DNA of 64,000 nucleotides from a virus (Duplodnaviria; Heunggongvirae; Uroviricota; Caudoviricetes): IMG/VR virus record IMGVR_UViG_2690316121_000006; one strand, 5' to 3'. Shown piece by piece: positions 61,836 to 64,000 of this stretch (position 1 is its first letter; each line of letters starts with the position of its first letter). The notes under the pieces were generated by a model. It saw only the letters and a program-made list of their open reading frames with translations, ran no database searches and was not told where the DNA came from. The position numbers and the translations under genes were made by a program.

Positions 61836-62126
61836 ACTCCGGCAGCTCCGCCGACTTTCGACAATGAAGTTATCGCTGGCGGCGATAGTTTTTGACTCGA
61901 TTTTCATGGCGGTATATGTGCTCAATGAGACGTGGCCACTGGAACCACTATTGTATGCCGGGCTTCGGCTGTGCCTGACTTTTTTGAGCATGGCTGCAAG
62001 ATTGATGCAGCAGAAAGAAACCGCTTCAGATTGTCCACGCCGCGCGGTGCGCAAATATATGGCACGCAGGCGAAGGCGATAATAGTTAACGAGAACCCCG
62101 GCAGCCGCCGGGGTTATTTTTGGTGG

Positions 62127-63146
62127 TTATTTAAATGGATTGATTGAATTATTAAACGTGATGATGCTTGTCTCACGCGGTGCCTGGACGTTAGCCGCTT
62201 GCGGAACCTCCTTAATTTTCTTGGTGACAGGCAAGTTGCGTGCGCCAACTTTGATCAGAGATTCGAAAAGTGTGGCAACGATTTTTGCATCACCAGGTTC
62301 TTTGAGGCGGAATGCGTCTTTTTGGGCGGCGGAGACGAAGATCGGGAGGTTATCCAGTTCGTCTTGCATTGCTGCCAGCACATCGTCGCGGATACCCGCT
62401 GTTTCCTCCAGCAAAGCGATTCGCGCTTCAGCATCTGCGATCTTGGCCATTGCTTCGAGGTGGCGGCCCTGGCTTTCGAGTAGTGCGGTTTCCAGTTCTG
62501 CCGTACGCTCTGTCGCCTCCACCATCATTTCCAGTTCAGCCATTTTGCCGTAATGGGATATAACTGCCTGCACTGACTCGTCGGAGTACCCATGCGCCGC
62601 CAAGGACTCTGCCAGTAGAGATTTAGAATCCGCGCTTTCAAACATTCCGGCGCTGGCGGGATGATCCAGACTGATATAGTTCGGCGTTGTCACATAATCC
62701 ACACCATGGAAGCTGGTGGTTACAGCGATTTTCCCGGACTCACGCCCGCCAGTGGCCCAGCTCCAGCCACCAGCTCGGCTTTCGATCATCGCGGCGACAA
62801 TTTTACCCGGCTCTGTGTTAAGAATTTCCTGTGTATGGGTAACGATGCCGTTGTCGTCAACAGATATAGCCACTGTTCGGCACGCTGGAACATTGTCGAT
62901 TACGACCGGGCGACCTTCCACCATGATTACGCTGGTTTCTGGTACTTCCAGTTTGCCGGTCAGCTGTCGGCGACCGTGACCGTAATAGCCGAAAAGCTCT
63001 CCAAGGCGTAAACCTTCCTGAGTTTCCTTGCTTTCAAGCATGGTCTTAACCGCGCTTAATACATACTGTCGCCCGTTCTGGCGACCTTTTCGAGCATTGC
63101 TATAGAGACAAAAGCGGTCAGTGACCGTTTTCAAAACATCAGTCAT
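62127..63146 (-). CDS. head morphogenesis protein (prohead protease/scaffold-like, P1 Pro-like position)
   Basis: 339-aa ORF next to lyz; coiled-coil segment typical of scaffold proteins. Confidence 0.35.
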   Translation of the reverse strand: MTDVLKTVTDRFCLYSNARKGRQNGRQYVLSAVKTMLESKETQEGLRLGELFGYYGHGRRQLTGKLEVPETSVIMVEGRPVVIDNVPACRTVAISVDDNGIVTHTQEILNTEPGKIVAAMIESRAGGWSWATGGRESGKIAVTTSFHGVDYVTTPNYISLDHPASAGMFESADSKSLLAESLAAHGYSDESVQAVISHYGKMAELEMMVEATERTAELETALLESQGRHLEAMAKIADAEARIALLEETAGIRDDVLAAMQDELDNLPIFVSAAQKDAFRLKEPGDAKIVATLFESLIKVGARNLPVTKKIKEVPQAANVQAPRETSIITFNNSINPFK

Positions 63147-63258
63147 TATATTGCCCTCCAGCTACCTTACCTAATGTCTGTTGGTATATTGGCTTTGATA
63201 ACATTTTCGTCCGTGTATTCATTTATATACTCATTAGTTTCAATGTATTATATAGAAC

Positions 63259-64000
63259 ATGAAGCGTGCCTATAAATATCGATTCTATCCAACTCCCGAA
63301 CAAACCGAGCTATTAGCCCGGACTTTTGGGTGTGTGCGTTTTGTCTATAACAGCCTCCTTCGCTGGCGCACCGATGCGTACTACGCACGCCATGAGAGGG
63401 TCGGCTATGCACAAGCCAGCGCCAAATTAACGGCACTGAAAAAAGAACCAGAATTCGCTTGGCTGAATGACGTTTCCTGCGTCCCCCTCCAGCAGTCTCT
63501 GCGCCACCAACAAACGGCTTTTGCTAACTTTTTCGCCGGGCGTGCTGCATACCCAGTTTTTAAGAGCAAGCGGCATAAACAGGCCGCAGAACTAACTGCC
63601 AGCGCATTTAAATACCGTGACGGCAAGCTGTACATGGCAAAGAGCAAAGAGCCGTTAGATGTTCGCTGGAGCCGTCCGTTGCCGTCTGCTCCATCCACTG
63701 TCACTATCACCAGGGATGTTGCCGGACGATATTTTGTATCCTGTCTCTGCGAGTTTGAGCCTGTATCACTGCCGATCACCGTTTCCACGGTCGGCATTGA
63801 TATTGGTTTAAAAGATTTGTTCGTCACCGATACCGGTTTTAAAACTGGCAATCCTCGACACAACGCTAAATACGCGAAGCGATTAGCAGTGTTACAGCGC
63901 AGATTGAGCAAGAAACAAAAAGGCTCAAAGAACCGCGCCAAAGCACGTTTAAAGGTTGCCCGCCTCCACGCGAGAATAGTCGATTGTCGGATGGATAACC
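63259..64000 (+). mobile_element. tnpB: IS200/IS605-family tnpB (OrfB, RuvC-like RNA-guided nuclease), 5' portion; ORF runs off the window end
   Basis: hand translation from ATG 63259: MKRAYKYRFYPTPEQTELLARTFGCVRFVYNSLL ... VGIDIGLKDL (RuvC-I motif); not in ORF track because no stop in window. Confidence 0.75.

Noticed and set aside
63405-63941. Minus-strand 178-aa ORF
   Set aside because: Antisense to the clearly recognisable tnpB reading frame starting at 63259.

Overview
The window reads as one contiguous segment of a P1-like temperate myovirus that is maintained as a plasmid (phage-plasmid). All assignments are from reading the translated ORFs and DNA motifs by eye; no database search was possible, so P1 gene names are recalled homology, not verified. 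Order of modules, left to right: (1) 1-2.4 kb, minus-strand accessory genes (two paralogous GSGPS-motif proteins, a VRR-NUC nuclease, a TraR-like zinc finger). (2) 2.5-7.2 kb, plus-strand baseplate hub/spike operon. (3) 7.3-16.3 kb, a long minus-strand unit with an RdgC-like protein, a 754-aa Dcm+Dam fusion methyltransferase (Dmt), tRNA-Asn and tRNA-Thr, an array of hairpin repeat elements, a TerB-like protein, a tRNA with CAT anticodon, the DnaB-like helicase Ban and a GT4 glycosyltransferase. (4) 16.3-18.5 kb, a PAAR-like protein and an overlapping spanin pair. (5) 18.5-23.3 kb, the plasmid maintenance region: DnaA box, five GATC sites, incC iterons, repA, incA iterons, an inserted T5orf172-like gene, parA, parB and a P1-type parS. 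(6) 23.4-29.5 kb, head and sheath/tail genes. (7) 29.7-34.0 kb, minus-strand Lom/Ail-like outer membrane protein, repL, kilA and the immI region (ant, icd, c4-like RNA). (8) 34.1-36.8 kb, an AT-rich four-gene cassette of secreted/membrane proteins. (9) 36.9-49.6 kb, tail tube, Sit (tape-measure/transglycosylase), baseplate wedge and the tail fibre. (10) 48.4-51.5 kb, a Cin-type invertible tail-fibre segment with alternative fibre tip and chaperone genes and the cin invertase. (11) 51.6-58.9 kb, holins and a Dar-like capsid-borne antirestriction operon. (12) 59-63.1 kb, two accessory genes (one with a DUF2829/Tad2-like domain), ssb, a SAR endolysin and a head morphogenesis gene. (13) 63.26 kb to the window end, a partial IS200/IS605-family tnpB. 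At least seven near-consensus C1-repressor operators (ATTGCTCTAATAAATTT) are scattered through the window. The best candidates for undescribed biology are the accessory insertions (T5orf172-like gene in the rep-par module, the DUF2829 two-gene locus, the AT-rich cassette beside immI, the glycosyltransferase after ban) and the hairpin-repeat array beside the tRNA genes. My reading of the sequence disagrees with the ORF track by 1 nt somewhere between 10.17 and 10.5 kb, so small features placed there may be off by one.
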